A stretch of 64,000 nt of DNA from an uncultured Desulfarculus sp. (GTDB taxonomy: Bacteria > Desulfobacterota > Desulfarculia > Desulfarculales > Desulfarculaceae). Both the position numbers and the translations under genes were made by a program. The notes under the pieces were generated by a model. The model was not told the DNA's origin. It saw only the letters and a program-made list of their open reading frames with translations, and made no database searches. Of the stretch, positions 1 to 9,877 are shown one piece after another; the stretch's first letter is position 1; every line of letters begins with the position of its first letter. Location of the stretch: NCBI GenBank assembly GCA_963665125.2, contig CAXXUK010000001.1, positions 64,001-128,000 on the forward strand. The letters are read 5' to 3'.

Positions 1-915
1 GAAGGCCTGGCCCCCGGCGATTTCGTGGCCGTGGTACCGGCCCTGCCCTGCGCGGCCAGGGGCATAGACCCGCCGTGCCCTGCCTGCGCCAAGGGTTGGT
101 TCGCGGCCTGCGAAAACACGGCCGAGGGCGATATCTCCCCCGGCATGTTCACCGGCATCTGCGCCGACACCGGCGGCGGGTTTTCACCCAAATTCACGGC
201 CCACCAGAGTCAGTGTTTCAAGCTGCCGGAGGGCTTTTCGCCGGAAGCCGGGGCCCTGATGGAGCCGTTTTCCGTGGGATTGCAGGCGGCCTATACCAAT
301 CCGCCCAACCCCGGCGAGGAGGTTCTGGTCATCGGCGGCGGGGTCATCGGCAACATGGTGGTCCACGGCCTGCGCTCCCTGGACATTGATTGCAAGATCA
401 CCGTGGCCGAGCGTTCCGGGTTTGCCGCCGATTTCTGCCGCCAAGCCGGGGCCGACCGGGTCCTGCTGGGCGGTGATTTGTTCGCCCATGCCGCCGAGAT
501 CACCGGTTCCAAGACCTACAAGCCCATGATCGGTCCGCCCATCGCCCAGGGTGGTTTCAGCCGCATCTACGACACCGTGGGCTCCCAGGCCACCCTGAAC
601 ACGGCCATGCGGATCATGGCCGCCGGGGGCACCCTTAGCCAGGTGGGCATCGGCAGCGACGTCAAGCTGGACCTGACGCCCCTGTGGCTCAAGCGCCAGA
701 GCATCGTGGGGGTCTATGCCACGGGCTATGCCCAATACAGGGGACAAAATCGCCACATGTTCGACATCGGCATTGACCTGGTCCACAGCGGCAAGGTGGA
801 TATCAGCCCCATGGTCACTCACCGCTACGCCCTGGATGATTATCAGGCCCTGATCAACGACAACCTGGACAAGCAGGGCAAAAAGATGATGAAGGCCGTG
901 GTGTCGTTTGCTTAG
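1..915 (+). CDS. Zn-dependent alcohol dehydrogenase (MDR family), 5' end outside window
   Basis: Frame open from base 1; structural-Zn Cys cluster (PC..CPAC..C), LMEPFSV, VIGGGVIG Rossmann motif. Confidence 0.85.
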   Translation, partial: EGLAPGDFVAVVPALPCAARGIDPPCPACAKGWFAACENTAEGDISPGMFTGICADTGGGFSPKFTAHQSQCFKLPEGFSPEAGALMEPFSVGLQAAYTNPPNPGEEVLVIGGGVIGNMVVHGLRSLDIDCKITVAERSGFAADFCRQAGADRVLLGGDLFAHAAEITGSKTYKPMIGPPIAQGGFSRIYDTVGSQATLNTAMRIMAAGGTLSQVGIGSDVKLDLTPLWLKRQSIVGVYATGYAQYRGQNRHMFDIGIDLVHSGKVDISPMVTHRYALDDYQALINDNLDKQGKKMMKAVVSFA

Positions 916-927
916 CGGGGGGAGGCA

Positions 928-1908
928 ATGAAGGCTTTTGTAACGGGGGCAACGGGTTTTATCGGGGCCAGGCTGTGCGAAATCCTGGCCGCTGAAGGCG
1001 CGGAGGTGACGGCCCTGGCCCTGCCCGGCGAGGACGTGGGCAGGGTCGCGCCGTATTGCGCCCATATCGTCAGGGGGGATATCACCGAGCCCGCAAGCCT
1101 TCGGGGCGTTTGCCCCGAAGGCGCGGTGGTGTTTCATCTGGCGGCCAGGGTCACCGACTGGGGCAGGCGCGGCCTGTTTTACGCGGCCATATACGACGGG
1201 GCCCGGAATATGCTTGAGGCCTGCAAGGGCAGGGCGTCGCGGTTCGTGCAGGTCAGCTCCATAGCCGCCTGCGGCCTGGGGCGGCATTTGAAGGGCGTGC
1301 GCGAGGACGAACCCTGCATCCGCTCGGGCGTACCCTACAACGACGCCAAGGCCGACGCCGAGGACATGGTCCGGGATTATCACGGCCGGGGCGATCTGGA
1401 ATGCGTCATCGTGCGTCCGGCCAATGTCATCGGGCCGGGCAGCGTCTGGGTCCGCGACGTGGTGGACCGCTACCGGCTGATGCGCGTGCCGCTATTGGAC
1501 GGCGGCAGATACAGCGCCTCGCTGGTGGACGTGGGCAACCTGGCCAAGGGGATATACCTGGCCGGGACCACGCCCCGGGCCGCCGGGCAGACCTATCACC
1601 TGCGCGACGATTGGGACGTGACCTGGCAGCGCTACGTCACGGACCTGGGGGCCATGCTCGGCAAGAGGCCGGGCCCGAGCCTGCCTTTCGGGTTGGCCTG
1701 GGGCGCCGGGGCCGTGCTGGAGGCGGTATTGACCCCGCTGAACATCCGGGCCCCCATGACCAGGCTGGCCGCCGGGGTCATGGGCCGGGACAACGATGTG
1801 GACGCCTCCAAGGCGCGATCCGAGCTTGGCTGGCGCAGCGAGATCAGCTACCAAGAGTCCATGGCCGACATCAAAACCTGGGTCGGGCAGTACACGTCGG
1901 ACTGGTGA
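928..1908 (+). CDS. NAD-dependent epimerase/dehydratase (extended SDR, 3-beta-HSD-like)
   Basis: VTGATGFIG, VFHLAA, YxxxK (YNDAK); GGAGG SD. Confidence 0.85.
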   Translation: MKAFVTGATGFIGARLCEILAAEGAEVTALALPGEDVGRVAPYCAHIVRGDITEPASLRGVCPEGAVVFHLAARVTDWGRRGLFYAAIYDGARNMLEACKGRASRFVQVSSIAACGLGRHLKGVREDEPCIRSGVPYNDAKADAEDMVRDYHGRGDLECVIVRPANVIGPGSVWVRDVVDRYRLMRVPLLDGGRYSASLVDVGNLAKGIYLAGTTPRAAGQTYHLRDDWDVTWQRYVTDLGAMLGKRPGPSLPFGLAWGAGAVLEAVLTPLNIRAPMTRLAAGVMGRDNDVDASKARSELGWRSEISYQESMADIKTWVGQYTSDW

Positions 1909-1971
1909 CGGCTTCTCCTGCCGCCCGGTTGTGCTACAATCCAAAGCTGTGAATCCGATGCTTGACTAACG

Positions 1972-3192
1972 GTGGAGGACAGCGGCGCGATGGGCGGCCC
2001 GGAAGGCCAAGAGCACAGTCAGATCAACGCCGAGACCTTGGCGGAACTGCGGGGCGAGGTGGAGCGCCAGCGCGGGCTGATCTCCGCCCTGGAGATGGAG
2101 GTGGAGCGCGGCCGCCTGACCAGGGAGGCCCTGGTGGAGAGCGAGGCCCGCTTCCGCAGTCTGTTCCATGATTCGCACCAGGTGATGCTGTTGGTTGACG
2201 GCGGCAGTGGGCGCATCCGCGACGCCAACCCGGCGGCCTGCCGCTACTATGGCCGGGCCTGGGGCGAACTGACGGCAATGGGCGCGGCCCAGTTGGAGGC
2301 CAGCGCCGATGATTCCCATCTGCGCAAGATGGCCCAGACCGGCGGGCAGTATTTCAGCCAACACCTCCTGGCCCACGGCGTTCGGCGCGACGTGGAGGTC
2401 CATTGCAGCGCCATGAGCCTGGGCGGCCGGGCCATGGTCTATGTGATCGTCCACGACATCACCGAGAAAAAGGCCCTCCAGGCCGAGGCGGCCATGTCGG
2501 CCCATATGGCCAGCATCGGCGAGTTGGCCGCCGGAGTGGCCCACGAGGTAAACAACCCCATCAACGGCATCATCAACCTGGCCCAGTTGATCATCGACAG
2601 GTCGGGCAGCCCCGAGGCCACCGGCGACTACCCGCGCCGCATCATCCAAGAGGGCGAGCGTATCTCCGAGATCGTGCGCAATCTGCTCAGCTTTGCCCGG
2701 CCCGGCCAGCAGGACCCCCAGCCCGCGCCCGCAGCCGGTATCCTGGAAAACGCCCTGGCGCTGATGGGCGGCCAGCTGCACAAGCGAGGCATCATCCTTG
2801 AGGTTGAATTCCCCCCGGGACTTCCATTGGTTCTGGTCCGGGACCGCCAGATCCAGCAGGTGTTCATGAACCTGATCTCCAACGCCATGCACGCCCTGGA
2901 AGACAAACCGGACATTGGCCAAGACCGCAAGCTGCGGATCACCGCCGAAGCGGACGCCAAACGCGGGATTGTCTTGGTGTGTTTTGTTGACAATGGTCCG
3001 GGTCTGAGCCCGGATATGGCAGGTCGGGTGTTTGAGCCGTTTTTTACCACCAAGGCCGCGGGCCGGGGCACGGGCCTGGGCCTGAGCGTCAGCCACCGCA
3101 TCATCCAGGAGCACGGCGGTCGGATAATCTTTGAAAGTACGGGCCACGGAACCACGGTGAGCGTGGAGCTGCCCATGGCGGAGCGGGAGTGA
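1972..3192 (+). CDS. PAS-domain sensor histidine kinase
   Basis: PAS, H-box AHEVNNP, N-box NLISNA, DNGPG, F-box FEPFFTTK, GTGLGL. Confidence 0.92.
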   Translation: MEDSGAMGGPEGQEHSQINAETLAELRGEVERQRGLISALEMEVERGRLTREALVESEARFRSLFHDSHQVMLLVDGGSGRIRDANPAACRYYGRAWGELTAMGAAQLEASADDSHLRKMAQTGGQYFSQHLLAHGVRRDVEVHCSAMSLGGRAMVYVIVHDITEKKALQAEAAMSAHMASIGELAAGVAHEVNNPINGIINLAQLIIDRSGSPEATGDYPRRIIQEGERISEIVRNLLSFARPGQQDPQPAPAAGILENALALMGGQLHKRGIILEVEFPPGLPLVLVRDRQIQQVFMNLISNAMHALEDKPDIGQDRKLRITAEADAKRGIVLVCFVDNGPGLSPDMAGRVFEPFFTTKAAGRGTGLGLSVSHRIIQEHGGRIIFESTGHGTTVSVELPMAERE

Positions 3193-3193
3193 A

Positions 3194-4903
3194 ATGCAGG
3201 GGCGCATCCTCATAGTCGACGACGAGCAGACCCTGCGCATGACCTTCGAGGCCCTGCTCAGCGACGCCGGGTATTGGGTCCGTTGCGCGGCCGGCTTTGA
3301 CGAGGCGGTGGCCGCCCTGGCAAAGGATGAGTTTGACGCGGTCATCGCCGATATCGTCCTGGGCGGCAAATCGGGCATCGACCTGCTGGAGCGCGTCCGG
3401 CAAATGCGGCCCGGCCTGCCCGTGGTAATGATCACCGGCCAACCCACGGTGGATACGGCTTCGGCGGCTCTGCGCCTGGGCGCCCATGATTTCGTGGTCA
3501 AGCCGGTGAACAAGGACATGCTCCTGCGGGCGGCCCGCTCGGCCGTGGGCTACAGCCGCCTGCAACGGGAGCGCGACGAAGCTGCCGCCCAGCGCCTACG
3601 CTACCAGGGCCTGCTGGAGGCCATCTTCGGCAGCATGGCCGAGGGCATCGTCACCACTGACACCGAGGGCAGGCTCAGTCAGGTCAATACGGCAGCCGGG
3701 GCCATCTGCGGCATCGAGCCGAACGAGGCCCTGGGCTCGTTTATCGGCGAAAAAGTCTGGGACATGCTGGGGCCGGGGCGGGAAATGCTCCTGAATGCGG
3801 CGGGGCAGGGGGCCCAGGAAAATCGCAAGCACCAAATCGTGCCCCGAAACGGCGCGTCCCGGATGGTGGAGATGACCGCCAGGCCGCTGTTGGGCGGCGG
3901 CGGCGAGCCCCTGGGAGCGCTGCTGCTGCTGCGCGACGAAACCCGCCTGGCCCAGCTGGAGCAATCCCTGGGCGCGCGGCGGGGCCTGCACCGCATGATC
4001 GGCTCCAGCCCGGCCATGCAAAAACTTTATTCCATGCTGGAGACCCTGGCCCAGACCGACACCACCGTGCTCATCCAGGGCGAAAGCGGCACGGGCAAGG
4101 AGCTTGCCGCCGAGGCCCTGCATTATCTGGGGCCGCGCTCCAGCGGACCCCTGGTCAAGGTCAACTGCTCGGCCCTTTCGGAAAATTTGTTGGAAAGTGA
4201 GCTTTTCGGCCATGTGCGCGGGGCCTTTACCGGAGCCCAAACCGACAAGGCCGGACGATTTTTATTGGCCCACGGCGGTACGATCATGCTGGACGAGATC
4301 GGCGATATCAGCCCGGCGGTACAAGTGAAGCTGCTGCGGGTTCTGGAAGACAAGACCGTTGAACGGGTTGGCGAGGCCAAACCGCGCAAGGTCGACGTGC
4401 GGGTGGTGGCCGCCACCAACCAGGACCTTGCCGAGTTGGTGCGCCGGGGGGATTTCCGCCAGGACCTGTATTACCGCCTCCGGGTGGTTCGCCTGGAGCT
4501 TGAGCCGCTGCGTTCGCGCCTGGAGGACCTGCCGCTGCTGGCCTCTCATTTCCTGGACGACATGGCCGGACGCCTGGGCAAGGGCGAGGCCGGTCTCTCG
4601 CCCGAGGTCATGGATATCCTGTTGCGCCACCGCTGGCCGGGCAATGTCCGGGAACTGCGGCATGTGCTGGAACACGCCCATGTCTTCTGCACCGGCGGGG
4701 TGATCAGGCCCGAGCACCTGCCGCCGGAATTGGCCGCTCCGGCCGAGGGTCCGTCCGATGTAGGCTCATCGGACGAGCGCGGGCGCATCATCGCCGCCCT
4801 GGAAAAGGCCGGAGGCAACAAGGCCAAGGCCGCCCGCATGCTAGGTTACAGCCGCAACACCCTCTACCGCAAGTTGCACGAGCTGGGCATTCCCCTGGAT
4901 TAG
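3194..4903 (+). CDS. sigma54-dependent response regulator (REC-PAS-AAA+-Fis HTH)
   Basis: ILIVDD receiver, GESGTGKE, GAFTGA, WPGNVREL, C-terminal HTH. Confidence 0.95.
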   Translation: MQGRILIVDDEQTLRMTFEALLSDAGYWVRCAAGFDEAVAALAKDEFDAVIADIVLGGKSGIDLLERVRQMRPGLPVVMITGQPTVDTASAALRLGAHDFVVKPVNKDMLLRAARSAVGYSRLQRERDEAAAQRLRYQGLLEAIFGSMAEGIVTTDTEGRLSQVNTAAGAICGIEPNEALGSFIGEKVWDMLGPGREMLLNAAGQGAQENRKHQIVPRNGASRMVEMTARPLLGGGGEPLGALLLLRDETRLAQLEQSLGARRGLHRMIGSSPAMQKLYSMLETLAQTDTTVLIQGESGTGKELAAEALHYLGPRSSGPLVKVNCSALSENLLESELFGHVRGAFTGAQTDKAGRFLLAHGGTIMLDEIGDISPAVQVKLLRVLEDKTVERVGEAKPRKVDVRVVAATNQDLAELVRRGDFRQDLYYRLRVVRLELEPLRSRLEDLPLLASHFLDDMAGRLGKGEAGLSPEVMDILLRHRWPGNVRELRHVLEHAHVFCTGGVIRPEHLPPELAAPAEGPSDVGSSDERGRIIAALEKAGGNKAKAARMLGYSRNTLYRKLHELGIPLD

Positions 4904-4914
4904 AGACCAAATGC

Positions 4915-4962
4915 GACACAAGTGTCACGTTACACATGTGTAATGTTACGCTTTATGTAACA
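4915..4962. promoter_or_regulatory. Clustered palindromes, probable enhancer (UAS) for a sigma54 activator
   Basis: GACAC-aa-GTGTC, TTACACATGTGTAA and TGTTAC-N7-GTAACA, about 80-130 bp upstream of a sigma54 promoter. Confidence 0.55.
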
Positions 4963-5041
4963 CTGCCCCTGGTAGGGGCGTCTCATTTTAACTGGCGGTA
5001 ATGTAAGGATAATATCAATAAAAACGACCGGTATGACTGAA

Positions 5042-5057
5042 TGGCCCGGGTTTTGCT
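5042..5057 (+). promoter_or_regulatory. sigma54 (-24/-12) promoter of cheW
   Basis: TGGCCCGGGTTTTGCT, GG-N10-GC. Confidence 0.75.
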
Positions 5058-5099
5058 CTTATAGCAGGCAATGATTAAACCCGTTTACGGAGGATTGAT

Positions 5100-5606
5100 A
5101 TGGCAGCCCAGGAAATGAACGCTCAGGTAACGGAACTCGGTCTGGAACTGGCCGGCAAGTATCTCACCTTCGGCTTGGCCGACGAAGAATACGGCCTGGA
5201 GATTCTCCGGGTCCGCGAGATCATCGGCATGATGGACGTGACCCCCATTCCCCGCACCCCGGATTTCGTGCTGGGCGTGATCAACCTGCGCGGCAAGGTC
5301 ATCCCGGTGGTGGACCTGCGGCTGAAGTTCGGTCTGTCCTATCAGGAGCCCGACGACCGCACCTGCATCATCGTTGTGGAGGTGATGAGCCAAAACGAAG
5401 CCATCATGATGGGCATTGTCGTGGATATGGTCAACGAGGTAGCCGATGTACGGGCCGAAAACGTCGAGCCCACCCCCAGCTTCGGCGTGGCCCTGGACAC
5501 CAGCTTCATCCTGGGCATGGCCAAGTTCGGCGATAAGGTCATTACCTTGCTGGCCATTGACAAGGTGTTGACCTCCTCGGAGATGCAGTCCCTGTCATCG
5601 TTCTAA
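5100..5606 (+). CDS. cheW: Chemotaxis coupling protein CheW
   Basis: KYLTFGL..EEYG, GVINLRGKVIPVVDLR, GIVVD motifs; GGAGGA SD. Confidence 0.93.
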   Translation: MAAQEMNAQVTELGLELAGKYLTFGLADEEYGLEILRVREIIGMMDVTPIPRTPDFVLGVINLRGKVIPVVDLRLKFGLSYQEPDDRTCIIVVEVMSQNEAIMMGIVVDMVNEVADVRAENVEPTPSFGVALDTSFILGMAKFGDKVITLLAIDKVLTSSEMQSLSSF

Positions 5607-5631
5607 ATCCCGCAATAAAATAGAAATTTCG

Positions 5632-5669
5632 GTCCCGCCGCGGCAATGCGCCCGCGGCGGGCCTTTTTA
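5632..5669 (+). terminator. Intrinsic terminator after cheW
   Basis: CCCGCCGCGG/CCGCGGCGGG stem plus T tract. Confidence 0.8.
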
Positions 5670-5762
5670 TGCAAATCAGCCCCGGCTGGCCTTTGACCAG
5701 TGTGGGCAAGGCCTGTCCGGTCTATAATTTTACCGGCTTGAGCTCAGGCCATAAGCTTCCTG

Positions 5763-6665
5763 CTACTTATTCTCCTTGGGCTTTTTAAAGGTCAGGAACG
5801 GGCAGAGCTTGCAGATGTCAAAGCCTGGATAGGTTTCACCGGTTCGTGGGAAGGACACACCGCCATCACGGATGGTGCGTTCGAGCATCCAGTGAACCGT
5901 TGGCTCCATTTGGGCGTAAGGCATGATCCAATTGATTTCGCCTTGCTCGGTCTTGCCGGCCGTATAGCTGCTGCTGCACATTTGGGTAACATTAAATTTG
6001 TCCGTTACGAAACATTGGACACAGCCGTGGCAGATTGAGGAATTCATGGTCATGACCATCTCGAAAGGATGCTTATCATAGACTGCATCCCAGTCGTTGG
6101 CGAGATGGTACGACTGAAGTGTGTCGCACATGCCGTGGATCAGGTCTGGCGTGAATGTCGCCTTGTGCAGGGGAGCCGTGGCAAAGGCAAGCGGTTGTTG
6201 GGGTAGTCTTTTTTTGGTCTTTACGAACCGCTCGGCCTGTTCCCGGTCCTTGGTGTATTTGAGATGGCTCTCGATCTCGCGTTCATCCATTTCCTTCCAT
6301 TTCATGACAAACTTGGCATTGCCGCAACCAACCTTGCTTTCCGTTCCGAGCAGGATGTCCCCCCGTTGGCGGCTTGCGGCTACATAGGCACAGAAGGTCA
6401 CGGGATGAAGGGAAACTTTGTAATCGACATTGTTTTTGAAGTCTTCGAGTTCCTTCTCATCGAAAAAGTATTTAACCGCGACGGGGTAGTATTTCATCTT
6501 GAGGATATTTCTCAAGGCGAATACTATTCCGGCATCGCTGATTTTCCCGCCGTTTTTGTCCGCGCTTTCGAGAATCGACTTGGCGAGGGCAACGTCATCC
6601 AAACAAAGATCATAGTCCAGCGGCATTTGCTCTCCTTCAAATTGAGTCGCCTTTTCCTCTGGCAT
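5763..6665 (-). CDS. DUF169 family Cys-rich protein
   Basis: YPVAVK, FC, GCG, CHGC, MC pattern typical of DUF169; lower GC than flanks. Confidence 0.7.
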   Translation of the reverse strand: MPEEKATQFEGEQMPLDYDLCLDDVALAKSILESADKNGGKISDAGIVFALRNILKMKYYPVAVKYFFDEKELEDFKNNVDYKVSLHPVTFCAYVAASRQRGDILLGTESKVGCGNAKFVMKWKEMDEREIESHLKYTKDREQAERFVKTKKRLPQQPLAFATAPLHKATFTPDLIHGMCDTLQSYHLANDWDAVYDKHPFEMVMTMNSSICHGCVQCFVTDKFNVTQMCSSSYTAGKTEQGEINWIMPYAQMEPTVHWMLERTIRDGGVSFPRTGETYPGFDICKLCPFLTFKKPKENK

Positions 6666-6680
6666 TTTTCAATCTCTTTC

Positions 6681-6702
6681 GATTGTGATAATTATCATTA
6701 AT
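6681..6702. promoter_or_regulatory. Fur-family-like box just upstream of the DUF169 gene
   Basis: TGATAATTATCA palindrome; minus strand matches about 13/19 of GATAATGATAATCATTATC. Confidence 0.4.
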
Positions 6703-6720
6703 TAATTATTAACCAACAGT

Positions 6721-6841
6721 GTGTTGGAATAGTCCTTCCTGGCATCTCTCAACCGCTACTTGGTAGAAACTTGATTTAGTCAAGTAGCTTAATTCGCATG
6801 CTTTTATAGGCATGCGCAAATTGGCGGGCCATCCATGGCCT
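6721..6841 (+). repeat. Diverged copy of multi-hairpin intergenic repeat (copy B)
   Basis: Aligns with 15433-15550: TGTTG.AA.AGTCC.TCCTGG and CAAATTGGCGGGCC.TCC.TGGCC. Confidence 0.65.
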
Positions 6842-7207
6842 ATCAGTTGCCTGCTAGTTTTAGGCATACTAGCTATTTTTTTTCTTGTGGTCAATCGTGC
6901 CTTTCCTTGCAACCATCTGCCCAGAGGCTCCCGGCATTGATGAGCCAATGGGAACGACGGAGTGACATGAATCCGTCAGCGCCGACCATGATGAGAAATT
7001 CGTGAACCAGCCCCGCTGATTCGCCGAATTGTCCAAGATTAATAGATGTTAGACATTTTACTATCTATTGACTGACTCCGTCAACCGGCGCGACGAGCTT
7101 GGTCTTCGGCCTGACCATGCCGCTATGCCGGCGGTGTCTTCCCAAATAAACAGGCAACAAAGGCAAGTTTTCCGACTACCTTCTTGACTTGTGAACGTCG
7201 TTTATGC

Positions 7208-7224
7208 GAAATGATAGTCATTCA
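7208..7224. promoter_or_regulatory. Putative TetR operator
   Basis: AATGA-TAG-TCATT inverted repeat in the TetR upstream region. Confidence 0.35.
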
Positions 7225-7278
7225 GTTTACGGAATGAAATTCGTTAAACCGTGTTTGTAATTGTAAGGCAGGTTTTGT

Positions 7279-7911
7279 TTGGGCAGTGAGCAGAGGCGTG
7301 AAAGGGAAAAACAGATGCGCCGCCGCCATATCATGGAAGCGGCGAAAGCGGTGTTCGCAGCCAACGGCTTCGGCAGCGCCACCATGGAGCAAATCGCCCA
7401 ACGCGCCGATTACAAACCCGCCACCTTATACCTGTATTTCAAGAACAAACATGAGCTGTACGCCAGCCTGACCAGGGAACTGATGGAATACATCAGCGAC
7501 CGGTTTGGCCAATGGGCCGGACGTACTGACATCGGGCCCATGGGCAAACTGGCTCTGCTTCCGGATTTGATGATCGAGATGTACGACCATGATCCGACGG
7601 TGCTGGTGGCCTTGTTCAGATTGCAGGCCAGCCAGGGCATCAAGATGCTGGAAGACGAAACCATCGATGAACTCAACAAACACGCCGGCCTGTCCATGAG
7701 CAGAATAAGCTCCGTGTTCAGGGCGGCTATTGAAAACGGAGAAATGAACGACCACCATCCCAACGCCATGGCCGACAGTATCTGGGCCATATTCACCGGG
7801 ATGGTGCTGTGGGAGGAATCCAAGCGGTTTTTCAATCCGCGTAAACAATATTTGAGAACAACCCTGGAGATGACCATAAGACTGTTCATCCAGGGCGGGG
7901 TAAGTGCATGA
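7279..7911 (+). CDS. TetR/AcrR family regulator
   Basis: N-terminal HTH (ATMEQIA..ATLYLYFKNKHEL). Confidence 0.92.
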   Translation: MGSEQRREREKQMRRRHIMEAAKAVFAANGFGSATMEQIAQRADYKPATLYLYFKNKHELYASLTRELMEYISDRFGQWAGRTDIGPMGKLALLPDLMIEMYDHDPTVLVALFRLQASQGIKMLEDETIDELNKHAGLSMSRISSVFRAAIENGEMNDHHPNAMADSIWAIFTGMVLWEESKRFFNPRKQYLRTTLEMTIRLFIQGGVSA

Positions 7912-8043
7912 CCGGCGGCAGGGGGTGCTGTCCGCGCCGCGGCCTCAGCTTTGATGCGTCTCAACGGAATTATCACAAAGACTCGTGCAACGGTGTTGAT
8001 GGGGAGATTGTAGATTTTCAATCAACTAGGGAGGGACGAGGAA

Positions 8044-9704
8044 ATGATTCTTGCCAGTAAAGAGCGGATCAAGGAGTATTCCGAGGCCGGGTGTTGGGGC
8101 AGCCGGACCTTGTTGGATGACTTCGAGCAGAATGTCAGGGAAACCCCGGACCATGTGGCCATAGTCGATCCTTACAACAAGGCCGCCCTGCTGGGCGTCG
8201 AGACCGAACGCCCCACGTTCGCCGAACTCAACAGGGCCGTTGAAGGCACGGCCGCGGCATTGAAGGCGCTGGGCATCGGCAAGGACGACATCATCATGGT
8301 CCAATTGCCCAACTGCTGGGAATTGGCCATGTTGTACCTGGCCATTTGTAAGGCCGGAGGCGTCATAACGCCGTCGCCCATGCAGTGGCGCTCCAAGGAG
8401 TTGTCCTACGTGGCCGGGCTCACCGACGCCAAACTGGCCATCACCGTTGAGGAGTTCAGCGGCCACCGTCACGCCGACATGTTCCGGGCCATAGCCAAGG
8501 AACAGCCCAGCCTGAAAAAAGTCATAACCTATCCCGAACTGCGAGAGATGGCCAAGACGGCGCCCGACCCGTCCCTGGCCGACATCCACGTGGACGGCAA
8601 CGACATCTTTACAATTTGCTGGACTTCGGGCACCGAGGCCCAGCCCAAGGGCTGCCCCCTGAGCCACAACAACTGGCGCTGCCAGTCGGGGCTGGTGCAG
8701 GCGGCGGGCACGGAAAAGGGCGACACCAAGCTCACGGCGGGTCCCCTGGTGAACATGGCCTCGGTGGGCACGGTCTACGTGCCGTGGCTGCTGCTGGGCG
8801 GCACCATGGTCCTGCATCATCCCTTTGACCCGGCCACCCTGCTGACCCAGATGATCCAGGAGCAGATCCGCTACACCCTGCTGGTGCCGGCGGTGGTCAA
8901 CATGATGCTCAAGCATCCGGCCCTGGAAAAGGTCGACCTGGGCTTCATCAAGACCATCACCGTGGGCTCGGCCCCGCCGTCGCTATGGTCCCTACAGGAG
9001 TTCAAAAAGCGCTGGGACATCGACATCGGCAACATCTGGGGCCAGAACGAGGGCACGGCCATTATTTCCGGCGTCAAGGACGTGCCGGACATGGAGGTCA
9101 GGGTCGACTCCTTGCCGAGATACGGTGCGGCCGGCGTGGTCTGGTCGGCCGACACGGCCAAATTCATCCAGACGAAGATCGTTGACGGCCAGGACAACGA
9201 ATTGACCGGTGAAGGCGACGTGGGCGAACTGCTCTACCGCGGACCAAACGTGATCCCCGGTTATTTCAAGCGGCCCGATCTCAACGAAAAGTCCTTCGAC
9301 AAGGACGGCTATATCCGCACGGGCGACCTGTTCCAGCTCACCGCCGGCGGCAAGTACCTCAAGTTCTTTGACCGGGCAAGGACATCATCATCCGGGGCGG
9401 CTACAACATCAGCGCCCAGGAGGTGGAAAACGCCATCATGGGCCATCCGGATGTGGCCGACGTGGCGGCCATCGGCATGCCCGACGAGGACCTGGGCGAG
9501 CGCACCTGCGTCTATATCGTGCCCGCCGAAGGCAAGACCATTGACCTGCAAGGGGTGGTCAACTTCATGAAGGACCAGGGCACGGCCGTTTACAAGCTGC
9601 CGGAGAATTTGATCGTGGTGGACCAGATCCCGCGCAACCCGGTGGGCAAGGTGGTCAAGAACAGGCTCAGGGAAGACCTGAAGCAACGGCTGGCCAAAAG
9701 CTAG
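8044..9704 (+). pseudogene. Acyl-CoA synthetase (AMP-forming), split by a 1-nt frameshift near 9377 (real or sequencing error)
   Basis: TSGTEAQPKG, WGQNEG, RTGDL; the conserved DRxKDIIIRGGYNISAQEVE continues in a shifted frame to NPVGKV. Confidence 0.85.
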
Positions 9705-9877
9705 GGAGTAATAAAGGCGGCGGGACGCGCCCACGGGCGCTCCCCGGCCTTTGAGATAAAAAATCCCCGCGAAACGGGGTGTTGTGGAATAGGGGAAAAT
9801 GCCGGCCGCTCCCTATGGAGCGGCTGGCCGGTTGCGTTGGGGCAACCGGTCGTCTCTGATGACACGGGAGATAATTA

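Noticed and set aside
6836..6851. sigma54-like TGGCCTATCAGTTGC
   Set aside because: Overlaps the end of the hairpin repeat and has no gene directly downstream; probably chance.
9370..9385. Programmed ribosomal frameshift in the ligase
   Set aside because: No slippery heptamer or clear stimulatory structure.
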